From Nanobdellati archaeon (GTDB lineage Archaea; EX4484-52; WAPT01): a stretch of 14,758 nt of DNA. The stretch spans positions 1 through 14,758 of the forward strand of contig WAPT01000009.1 in NCBI GenBank assembly GCA_015520605.1. Direction: 5' to 3'. The position numbers and the translations under genes were made by a program. Shown here piece after piece: positions 1-7,510 of this stretch (position 1 is its first letter; each line of letters begins with the position of its first letter). The notes under the pieces were generated by a model that searched no databases, was not told where the DNA came from, and saw nothing but the letters and a program-made list of their open reading frames with translations.

Positions 1-161
1 ACTGTTTGTGCGTTAATTTCAGGAAAGTCATGTTAAAGTTGGATGGAAATTACCGGTTTAAGCGTGATTTGTATTTGCTTTCTTTGTGGTGCAAGTATAT
101 GCTGTTCTACTGGAATGTTATAAGGAAGTGACGCTTATCCGGACGGTCTCTCTCCCTATGA

Positions 162-177
162 CCGAAACATTTAAATA
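162..177 (+). promoter_or_regulatory. Putative archaeal BRE + TATA box for the 228-1220 gene
   Basis: CCGAAACA followed by TTTAAATA (170-177), about 50 nt upstream of ATG 228. A GGTGA SD lies at 219-223. Confidence 0.55.
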
Positions 178-227
178 TTTTTGCTGTTATAATTTTCACT
201 AAAAAGTGGTGTAGGGGTGGTGACGAG

Positions 228-1220
228 ATGGGGAGTCTTGATGTTGGTCCGTATATAGATGATAACTTAAAGAATAAGGATGGTGCAAATCTATTTAAGT
301 ACACACAAGGGGGACAGTCCGAGGAACAGCCTGAGGGGACCAAGGCACCCAGAGAAAGTTTTTGGGATCGATTGAAGAAGAAACTTTTCGGTGGAGGAAA
401 AGAAGAACCAGAAAAACCACCAGAAGAGGAACTAAAAAAGGAGAAACTATCAAAACTAAAATCAGACATAGAGCATCTGGCAAAGGAACTTCTCGGTAAG
501 GATCTTAAAGACATTAAAGGAGTTATCTATGACCCATATAACATTCAAAATGCGGAGAAATACGTATATAGGTGTAATGAATTTTTCAAATTTGCTGGGA
601 GGAAATATAGGGAACTACTGGAAGAAGTGAAAACAAAGATAAAAGGTGTGGACGAACATGACCTCTACGAAGAGTTGGTAAACCTATACAGAGTGATTGA
701 TGGGTTGAAGAATCTCCAGAGAGATATCACAACTTCAAACCAGAGATACGAGGATTACGTCGGAAGGAAACTTGATTCGCTCCTTGATAAGCTAAACATT
801 AATGAAATATATAAACAGATAAAAACAAACGACATAGATGGATTATTCAAGAATTGTGAGGAGAAGTTGAAGAAGAATGCAGAAGTATTATGTAAGATTT
901 ATAAGGCTATAGTGGAGAAGACACCGTGGCTGGGCGGAGAGATACAACACTATAAAGGTAAGAGGGAGGAGGAGGGTAATCTTCTCAAAGCAGAGGAAGA
1001 AAGACTAAATGAAAAGGAAACGGCAAAATCAGAATACGAAGAAATTTTGACTAAATATGTAGCCCCAACAGTTGAAATATATATCGATGTATTAAAGAGA
1101 GTACAGACATACGGCAAGATTATAAGAGAATTAAAGAACTTCGATATTGAAAATTACTGCAAGGAGCTCGAAAATACACCATACTTCAGTAACCTCAACT
1201 TAGAGCGATACACACAATAA
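228..1220 (+). CDS. Hypothetical charged, alpha-helical/coiled-coil protein (330 aa)
   Basis: Long open frame with a GGTGA SD and upstream TATA box, followed by a T-tract. It is K/E/Y-rich with no TM segment and no family motif I recognise. It has an amphipathic-looking segment SFWDRLKKKLFGG near the N-terminus. Confidence 0.85.
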   Translation: MGSLDVGPYIDDNLKNKDGANLFKYTQGGQSEEQPEGTKAPRESFWDRLKKKLFGGGKEEPEKPPEEELKKEKLSKLKSDIEHLAKELLGKDLKDIKGVIYDPYNIQNAEKYVYRCNEFFKFAGRKYRELLEEVKTKIKGVDEHDLYEELVNLYRVIDGLKNLQRDITTSNQRYEDYVGRKLDSLLDKLNINEIYKQIKTNDIDGLFKNCEEKLKKNAEVLCKIYKAIVEKTPWLGGEIQHYKGKREEEGNLLKAEEERLNEKETAKSEYEEILTKYVAPTVEIYIDVLKRVQTYGKIIRELKNFDIENYCKELENTPYFSNLNLERYTQ

Positions 1221-1230
1221 AACCGAAATC

Positions 1231-1249
1231 TTTCTCTTTTTTATTTTTT
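1231..1249 (+). terminator. Oligo-T archaeal-type terminator
   Basis: TTTCTCTTTTTTATTTTTT begins 10 nt after the TAA at 1220. Confidence 0.55.
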
Positions 1250-1691
1250 GTTAGATCCTCAACGGTCTCTCTTAACGAATATTTCGATATTCTGTTGAAA
1301 AATTTAGGGTAGTGTGTGAGAAGCAAGTTTGAGGAGGTAACAAGGAGATAATGGCGAAGAAAATGTTATGAAGTTTGCGATAAGGTTTTGCTGAAATATG
1401 TTTTGGGTTGAAATAACCCACACTCTAAACTAAATGTGGACTTGAAAAATATCGCAAAAACTTGTTCTGGTTGCTATACAAAGATCTTGAATATTCATCG
1501 CTATTCCGAATACTGTAGGTTTTAAACGTCCAACATTACAAGTGCCTGTAAATCAAGGATTTTGAACTATCACTTAGTAAAATCCAGAGAAATGAAACGG
1601 ATTGATAAGGATGGGGCTCACCGAAAAACAATGGAAAATTTTGCAATAGAGACAAACTTATTAGAACGGTTTTCCCTCTTCTGTAGGAACC

Positions 1692-1699
1692 TTTATAAA
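1692..1699 (+). promoter_or_regulatory. TATA box for a probably leaderless transcript of membrane paralog 1
   Basis: TTTATAAA, preceded by GGAACC, with its 3' end 23 nt before ATG 1723. This is typical leaderless geometry. Confidence 0.55.
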
Positions 1700-1722
1700 A
1701 ATTGGAATACGTCAGGTATTTC

Positions 1723-2217
1723 ATGCTCTCCCCTTATTTCATGTCACAAGATCCATTCATCCAGTTTGCCGGAGCCTTTCTTCTCATCTTTGCCGTGGTG
1801 TTTGGAACCGTAAAGCTGACCAATGTTGGCAGAGATAAATCAGCAGCGGCTCTTGTTTCCGTTGCGATAGCTCTTTTTGCATCTCTCAACCAAGCTGTCG
1901 TGAGCTTTATATGGCAGATAATGCCGTATGCGGCCATAATCATCGTTTTTCTTTTTCTTCTGATCCTCGTGAAGAATAACCTCTTTGGCGGAGAGTCACC
2001 GCAGGGAAGATCCACAAGAAGCAGCGGAGAGACCGTAATAATTCTGTTCCTTCTGCTTGTTGTCTTTGCGGTCCTTTATCAGCTCGGGGTTTTCTATTTC
2101 ATCCCCCCGGATATCGAGGAGAACCTGGTTTGGGGACTCGCAATCTTGGTTGTCATCTTTATTCTTTATTATGGAATAAAATCTTCAGGAAACGAAGAAC
2201 GACACCTTAACCAATAA
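1723..2217 (+). CDS. Small polytopic membrane protein (~5 TM), divergent paralog 1 of the tandem array
   Basis: About five hydrophobic segments. FLLIFAVVFG..AAALVSVAIALF aligns with the paralog 2-4 motif. The ORF-track start is TTG 1702, only 2 nt from the TATA box, so ATG 1723 is preferred (ATG 1741 is also possible). Confidence 0.8.
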   Translation: MLSPYFMSQDPFIQFAGAFLLIFAVVFGTVKLTNVGRDKSAAALVSVAIALFASLNQAVVSFIWQIMPYAAIIIVFLFLLILVKNNLFGGESPQGRSTRSSGETVIILFLLLVVFAVLYQLGVFYFIPPDIEENLVWGLAILVVIFILYYGIKSSGNEERHLNQ

Positions 2218-2218
2218 C

Positions 2219-2226
2219 TTTATATA
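2219..2226 (+). promoter_or_regulatory. TATA box upstream of membrane paralog 2
   Basis: TTTATATA directly after the paralog 1 stop codon. A GGTGA SD at 2270-2274 precedes ATG 2281. Confidence 0.5.
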
Positions 2227-2280
2227 TTCCCTCAAATACTTACTAAAATTAACATCATATCCTAAAAGTGGTGACTGTCC

Positions 2281-2802
2281 ATGAACTTCCTAGACGTGGT
2301 GAGCACGCTCAATCAGGTTGGATTTTACGATGTGGTGGTGCCCTGGCTCCTGTTCTTTGGTATCGTCTTCGGTCTGTTACAGAATAAGCAAATAATCACC
2401 GATGAGAGAGGCATAAATGCCCTCATAGCGACAGCCATAGCGTTTTTTATAGTCGCTTTCACTCCAGCGGGAACCACAATAGCAAACTTCTTTTCCACAC
2501 TATTCGGAGGAGCGGGGATGATAATCGGTGCTTTGCTTGTGCTCATGCTCTTTGCCGCCATAATGGGTGTGCAGGACGCATTTAAGGAGGGTGGAAACGG
2601 ACAGCCTCCAATCAAATATGCTGTGGTATTCGTGCTCCTCATATTCGCTTATCTCGTTTATGCCAATGCTTTCGGCGGAGCAACATCGGCGATGATATCC
2701 AATGATACGCTGGTAACCCTTCTGACCCTTGTCTTCATCTTGGGTGTGATCTGGATAGCGATGCAGGGCGGCGGAGGTGGAGGAGAAGGTGGAGAGGATT
2801 GA
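2281..2802 (+). CDS. Small polytopic membrane protein (~5 TM), paralog 2 (173 aa)
   Basis: GGTGA SD. Motif LNQVGFYDVVVPWLLFFGIVFGLLQ...GINALIATAIAFF. Gly/acidic C-terminal tail GGGGGGEGGED. Confidence 0.92.
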   Translation: MNFLDVVSTLNQVGFYDVVVPWLLFFGIVFGLLQNKQIITDERGINALIATAIAFFIVAFTPAGTTIANFFSTLFGGAGMIIGALLVLMLFAAIMGVQDAFKEGGNGQPPIKYAVVFVLLIFAYLVYANAFGGATSAMISNDTLVTLLTLVFILGVIWIAMQGGGGGGEGGED

Positions 2803-2857
2803 AATCGTTTAAGTCCTCAACCGCCAACCGACTTGCCAGAAACCGGGTGATGTAAAT

Positions 2858-3346
2858 ATGAACTTTATGGACGTTATCGGGATCCTCAACCAGGTTGGAT
2901 TTTACGACTTCGTGTTACCCTGGTTACTATTCTTCGGTATCATCTTCGGTCTATTACAAAGAACCGAAATTTTCGGAAACGAGAGAGGCATAAACGCCAT
3001 CATCTCCGCAGCCATAGCGTTTTTTGTTGTCAGTTACACGCCGGTGGGAGGTATAGCTGTTTATTACTCGAAACTCTTCGGAGGAGCCGCTATGATTCTT
3101 TCAGCCCTACTCGTGTTTGTGTTGTTTGTTGCGATTATGGGGCTCGAGGTCAGCGGAGAGAATGGTATCTTCCAGGAGAACAAGGTAAAGTACATGGTGA
3201 CGGGGGCTCTAATAATTCTGGCGTATATCGTCTTCAGCAACGCTTACGGCGGAGATTTTTCCCTGTATATTCCACAGGAAACATGGACGGTATTGTTCAC
3301 TTTTGGATTCATTTTGCTGGTGGTCTGGATAGCAGTCAAGGGCTAA
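2858..3346 (+). CDS. Small polytopic membrane protein (~5 TM), paralog 3 (162 aa)
   Basis: GGTGA SD at 2846-2850. Motif LNQVGFYDFVLPWLLFFGIIFGLLQ...GINAIISAAIAFF, colinear with paralog 2. Confidence 0.92.
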   Translation: MNFMDVIGILNQVGFYDFVLPWLLFFGIIFGLLQRTEIFGNERGINAIISAAIAFFVVSYTPVGGIAVYYSKLFGGAAMILSALLVFVLFVAIMGLEVSGENGIFQENKVKYMVTGALIILAYIVFSNAYGGDFSLYIPQETWTVLFTFGFILLVVWIAVKG

Positions 3347-3372
3347 TGCTATAAAAAGGGGGCGATGTTGAG

Positions 3373-3834
3373 ATGTCGCTTATGGGTGTTGTCATCTCCA
3401 ACCTGAACAACATTGGGTTTTACGATTTCTTCATGCCGTTCGTGCTTATTCTTGCTGTTGTTTTCGGAATTCTGCAGGAAAAGAAAACGATAAGTAGTGA
3501 GGTATCTGTAAACGGAGCGATAGCCATAGCCGTGGCGTTCCTCGCAACGTACACCTTACGCGGCGTGTTCTACACGGAGCTCTTTGGAATTGGTGGAATG
3601 ATAATTGCAGCATTAATCATAGTTATTCTGATCCTCGCCATTTTGGGTATAAAACCCGAGGAAATTCTCGGCAGCGGATCAAAACCGATCGTGGGGCTGG
3701 TGGCGATAATAATCGGCATAATGGCTTATCTTGCAGCATCTGGTTACGAAGCGTCCGTAAGCCCAGATACTATCCTCACAATCGTGGTTCTAATTGTGAC
3801 GTTTGGAGTAGTTTATCTTATAGCTAATAGCTAA
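3373..3834 (+). CDS. Small polytopic membrane protein (~5 TM), paralog 4 (153 aa)
   Basis: G-rich SD at 3358-3362. Motif LNNIGFYDFFMPFVLILAVVFGILQ...SVNGAIAIAVAF. Confidence 0.92.
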   Translation: MSLMGVVISNLNNIGFYDFFMPFVLILAVVFGILQEKKTISSEVSVNGAIAIAVAFLATYTLRGVFYTELFGIGGMIIAALIIVILILAILGIKPEEILGSGSKPIVGLVAIIIGIMAYLAASGYEASVSPDTILTIVVLIVTFGVVYLIANS

Positions 3835-3870
3835 AGGTGGTGGGGTAGTTAGAAGACTGCTGAATCTCAT

Positions 3871-4716
3871 TTACTTTCTTTTCATAGCACGTTCTTTCTC
3901 TTCAAACCTCCTTTTTAACTCAACAACCATCTCCTTGGATTCCCTCACACTGTCCACAAGATTGGGCACTATGTCCTTAAAGGCATCCTCAAGGCTCTTT
4001 ACCCTGGGGTCGAGCTTGGAAATACTTTCTTTAAGGTTTTTTATTTCAGTATCAAGTTTTTCGTGAACCTCTTCGAAAGACTTTTTTGTCTCCTCAAACC
4101 TGTTGTTCAGAGCGTTCAGGTTCATCTCAAGACTATCGATCCTAGAAATGAGCGTCTCAATTTTTTCATTGAAAGCATCGAGTTTCTCGTTAACCACATT
4201 CTCAACCATATTGTACATTTCCTCCACCCATTCTGCGTCATCGTAGTAATCACTTTCAGGATTATCGGTTGAGTCGGATTGAGCACTGCTCCCTATTGGC
4301 GTAAGGTCAAAAACGTTGTTCTCTCCGGAAAGCTCATACGAGCTGAAATTGCTTTCCGTGGTTGGTGGTGAAATACTACTGGAAGAATCCGTCACACTCT
4401 GCTTCAAAACTCTGGTCAGTATCCTGTCGGCATCTAAAGGGGTTAATCCCTGAGATATCAAAGCGTTTCTGACCTCTTCCTCCCCGTATCCCTGCGAGAA
4501 AAGAGAAAAAACATAATTGATCCAATGTATTTCATCAAATGGCTGTGTATAATTCCTTGTATATTGCGTCGATGCTCCCGTTTGGGATTGAGATGGAAAA
4601 GGAACACCACCGTATTCCAAAGATGGAACGGAGGATACACCACCGAGTTCAACGGAGGACAATTGTTTCTTTTTATTAGATTTTCCTTTCCCAAAGAGAC
4701 TATCCAGTATACCCAC
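3871..4716 (-). CDS. Hypothetical protein with N-terminal amphipathic helix, small helical domain, Ser/acidic linker and long C-terminal coiled coil (281 aa)
   Basis: Start reassigned to GTG 4716, which has a GGAGGT SD at 4730-4725 and gives the N-terminus MGILDSLFGKGK. Heptad-rich C-terminal half (LDAFNEKIETLISRIDSLEMNLNALNNRF...). Overlaps the upstream gene by 17 nt. Confidence 0.85.
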   Translation of the reverse strand: MGILDSLFGKGKSNKKKQLSSVELGGVSSVPSLEYGGVPFPSQSQTGASTQYTRNYTQPFDEIHWINYVFSLFSQGYGEEEVRNALISQGLTPLDADRILTRVLKQSVTDSSSSISPPTTESNFSSYELSGENNVFDLTPIGSSAQSDSTDNPESDYYDDAEWVEEMYNMVENVVNEKLDAFNEKIETLISRIDSLEMNLNALNNRFEETKKSFEEVHEKLDTEIKNLKESISKLDPRVKSLEDAFKDIVPNLVDSVRESKEMVVELKRRFEEKERAMKRK

Positions 4717-5116
4717 GGCTCTCAACCTCCAGCATATCCTCAAGCATTTCCTTTATCATTTCTTCGACCTCTTTTCTCGTTACGTATTTGGTGGTCACCG
4801 GAGATATCAGCTCTATGTATCTTTTGAGTTCCTCTATATCACTTTGTTTTGCCAGCTTCTTGACGTCTTTTCTAAGCTCTATTATATCCGTCTCAATATT
4901 TATCATTTTATCCTCAAGTATCTTTATTCTGTGCTCGATTTCTCCGCTTTTCTTGTTAACATCCTTCTGAAAGGATATGAGATCTTTCTCAAAGGCGTTT
5001 ATCCTGAACTCTAAGTTCCTTAACCTTTCCTCCAGAATTCTGAGTCTTCTCATGTTGTCATTAACCCTTCTGAAAAGCTCGTTTATGGCAGCGGTAATGT
5101 CGCCTCCCTTAAGCAA
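4700..5116 (-). CDS. Small coiled-coil protein (138 aa)
   Basis: TTG start with a GGTGA SD (5127-5123). Nearly continuous heptads (RLRILEERLRNLEFRINAFEKDL...), then LKRYIELISPVTTKYVTRKEVEEMI. Confidence 0.88.
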   Translation of the reverse strand: MLKGGDITAAINELFRRVNDNMRRLRILEERLRNLEFRINAFEKDLISFQKDVNKKSGEIEHRIKILEDKMINIETDIIELRKDVKKLAKQSDIEELKRYIELISPVTTKYVTRKEVEEMIKEMLEDMLEVESRGYTG

Positions 5117-5215
5117 AACGCTTCACCCTTCACACAACTATATTAATATGTGGTGACGAAACATTAATATATAAGTATTTGGTGATTACTGACCAAAACC
5201 TTCATCACGTTTGAA
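5117..5215. promoter_or_regulatory. Divergent promoter region between the coiled-coil operon and the ATPase operon
   Basis: 99-bp AT-rich gap. It contains CGAAAC plus ATTAATATATAA (BRE/TATA-like, readable on both strands), the palindrome ATATTAATAT at 5140-5149, and TGGTGA twice (5151-5156 and 5180-5185). Confidence 0.55.
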
Positions 5216-7504
5216 GTGGTCGAAATGTCCCAGTTTGAGCTCCCGAAACCATGCAGTTATGAATACGACAGAAAGACACGCACATTGAAGATAAACTGTC
5301 TAGGCTGCATGTACGGTGCAAGCATAGAGGACTTTGAGGAGTGCATGACCAGAGTTATAGACAGACTAACCCAGATAAGGGGTGTTGAGAGGATCATTCT
5401 GTCCCAGACACAGGATTTTGAGTATGATTATGCTCAGACCCTCATGCTTCAGGAAATAGCATCGATAATCAAGCACTATTCAACAGAAAGAAAGCTGATC
5501 TCCATAAGGGCGGTTGCTCCAACTCCGTCCGATCCAGAAGCGCCCGCAAGGCTGGCATTCATCCAGCAACTGCTTGTAAGCAAGCTCAAGCGCGATCCCG
5601 TGGGTGCTTACATGGCCCTTCTCAAAGAAATAAGAAAAGAGACGCTCAGGGCAAAGATGCTTCCCCCTCGCATCCGAACCTCTGTTAATCACTACCTCAA
5701 CAACGCACTCCTCCCGCTGAAGGAAGCTTTGGAAAAAACCCAGCTCATCTCGCTTGTGAGGGGAAGGCTTGATGAATACAGGCCCGGAGACAGAGCGATT
5801 TATCGAGAGATCTTCCATCCCATAACAAGGCCCAACTTCATGTACACACGTTTTATGTTGCTTCCCCCGGCAGACGGGAAGGAAATAGACAGTTATGTGG
5901 TGGGCAAGAACATAAAAGTGCAGATTTACAAGCTCGCCACAAGACCGGAGCATCATTACCACATCATTCCGCCTGAGCTTGACCTGAGTGAGGACGAGTA
6001 CACACTGCTTGACGCTGCAAGACAGTATCTCGCTGCTCACAAGCCGACAAGATCGGAATTCTCTGATCCGGAAAGAGCAAGGGAGGTATTCTTCAACATA
6101 GGAAAGGATCTGCTTCTCGAGCTGGCCGAGCATATGAGAATGGACGTGAAGTCGGACAGAATCAGCGAGCTTGCACAGATACTGGCAAGATATACAGCTG
6201 GATATGGAATACTGGAGGTTTTGATGGCAGATGAGAAAGTGCAGGATCTCCACATAAACGCGCCCGTAGGCACAACGCCAGTTTTTCTGTTTCATGCAGA
6301 TTATGAGGAGTGTGTGACGAACATAATCCCCACGAGGGAGGATGCCGAAGCATGGGCGACGAGGTTCAGGATAGAAAGTGGGAGACCTCTTGACGAATCA
6401 AACCCAGTTCTTGACACGGAGATGATAACTCCATATGCGAGGATTAGAGTGGCGGCCATAACCAGGACACTCAGCCCGGATGGCTATGCCTTTGCACTGA
6501 GGAGACACAGAGACAGGCCGTGGACTCTACCACTATTCATTGACAGGAAGATGATTAACCCCATGGCAGCCGGCTTGCTCTCGTTCATCATTGATGGGGC
6601 CAGAACCATCCTGTACGCGGGGACGAGAAGTGCCGGTAAAACCTCTATGCTCGGATCCACGCTGGTGGAGATCCTCCCAAGGTACAGGATAGTGACGGTG
6701 GAGGATACTCTTGAACTGCCAGTTGAATACCTAAGGAGAATTGGCTACAACATCGTCAGACTGAAATCCAGATCGATCATAACGCATGTGGAGAGCGAGC
6801 TGCCGACCGATGAAGCTCTCAGGGTGTCCCTAAGGCTCGGAGATTCATGTCTGATACTCGGTGAGGTCAGAAGCGTGGAAGCGCGAGCTCTCTATGAAGC
6901 GATGAGAATAGGCGCTCTTGCCAATGTGGTGGCCGGCACGATCCACGGTGATTCTCCTTACGGTGTCTTTGACAGGGTTGTGAACGATTTGCATGTACCT
7001 CCAACAAGCTTCAAGGCCACGGATGTCATTGTAATAGCGAACAGGTTAAGGACCGCTGACGGACTGCATACGTTCAGAAGAGTTGTGGAGATCGTGGAGG
7101 TGAGGAAGGACTGGGAGAGAGATCCCGTTAAGGAAGGCGCTTTCGTTCCTCTCATGGTCTACGATGCAAAGAAGGACACGCTTGTCCCGACGGAAACCCT
7201 GCTCAACGGGGAGAGTGTGATACTCAACGAGATTGCCAAGCGCGTCAGGGAATGGAGAGATAACTGGGAGGAGCTGTGGCAAAATATAGAAGCAAGATCC
7301 AAAATGAAGGAGGAAATTGTTAGGGTGGCAAGAGCGACTGGTAACCTGAACATTATGGAGGCCGATTTTTATGTCAAGGCCAATGTTATGTTTCATGTTA
7401 TCGGAGAGAGGGTGAGGGAGGAACACGGGGAGCTGGACTCGCTGAGAGCTCTAAACTTGTGGAAGAACTGGCTGGACACACAGGTTAGAACATTTCAAAG
7501 GTAG
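5216..7504 (+). CDS. Type II/IV secretion system ATPase (archaeal PilB/FlaI/VirB11/TadA family) with a long N-terminal extension (762 aa)
   Basis: Walker A GTRSAGKTS (6620-6646), Asp box TVEDTLEL, Walker B LILGEVR and His box GTIHG. Also has the family-typical GYGILEVLMADEKVQDLHIN and FALRRH segments. The start may be ATG 5225. Confidence 0.95.
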   Translation: MVEMSQFELPKPCSYEYDRKTRTLKINCLGCMYGASIEDFEECMTRVIDRLTQIRGVERIILSQTQDFEYDYAQTLMLQEIASIIKHYSTERKLISIRAVAPTPSDPEAPARLAFIQQLLVSKLKRDPVGAYMALLKEIRKETLRAKMLPPRIRTSVNHYLNNALLPLKEALEKTQLISLVRGRLDEYRPGDRAIYREIFHPITRPNFMYTRFMLLPPADGKEIDSYVVGKNIKVQIYKLATRPEHHYHIIPPELDLSEDEYTLLDAARQYLAAHKPTRSEFSDPERAREVFFNIGKDLLLELAEHMRMDVKSDRISELAQILARYTAGYGILEVLMADEKVQDLHINAPVGTTPVFLFHADYEECVTNIIPTREDAEAWATRFRIESGRPLDESNPVLDTEMITPYARIRVAAITRTLSPDGYAFALRRHRDRPWTLPLFIDRKMINPMAAGLLSFIIDGARTILYAGTRSAGKTSMLGSTLVEILPRYRIVTVEDTLELPVEYLRRIGYNIVRLKSRSIITHVESELPTDEALRVSLRLGDSCLILGEVRSVEARALYEAMRIGALANVVAGTIHGDSPYGVFDRVVNDLHVPPTSFKATDVIVIANRLRTADGLHTFRRVVEIVEVRKDWERDPVKEGAFVPLMVYDAKKDTLVPTETLLNGESVILNEIAKRVREWRDNWEELWQNIEARSKMKEEIVRVARATGNLNIMEADFYVKANVMFHVIGERVREEHGELDSLRALNLWKNWLDTQVRTFQR

Positions 7505-7510
7505 TCTCTC

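Larger units (their letters stand above)
143..1272 (+). repeat. 11-bp direct repeat ACGGTCTCTCT at 143-153 and 1262-1272, flanking the orphan gene
   Basis: The 11-mer is exact in both copies. Each is preceded by ATCC and followed by loosely similar sequence (CGAAACATTTAAATATT..CTGTT versus CGAATATTTCGATATTCTGTT). Confidence 0.5.

Noticed and set aside
1404-1420. Inverted repeat TGGGTT-GAAAT-AACCCA
   Set aside because: Only a 6-bp stem in a single copy. It is not part of a CRISPR array or any recognisable RNA.
1562-1813. 83-aa + strand ORF and 62-aa - strand ORF (1536-1724)
   Set aside because: No SD, atypical composition, and both overlap the TATA box or start of paralog 1.
1723-3834. The tandem paralogs as type IV pilins
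   Set aside because: None has a class III signal peptide (K/R-G/A followed by one hydrophobic helix and a soluble head domain). All are hydrophobic along their whole length.
199-3842. Recurring CTAAA(A/G)GTGGTG-like motif at 199-211, 2262-2273 and 3831-3842
   Set aside because: Largely explained by SD-like GGTG cores after A-runs. The copies are inexact and irregularly spaced.
4717-4743. ORF-track N-terminus MRICWRLRA of the 290-aa protein
   Set aside because: It lies inside the upstream gene. GTG 4716 has a well-spaced GGAGGT SD and is the better start.
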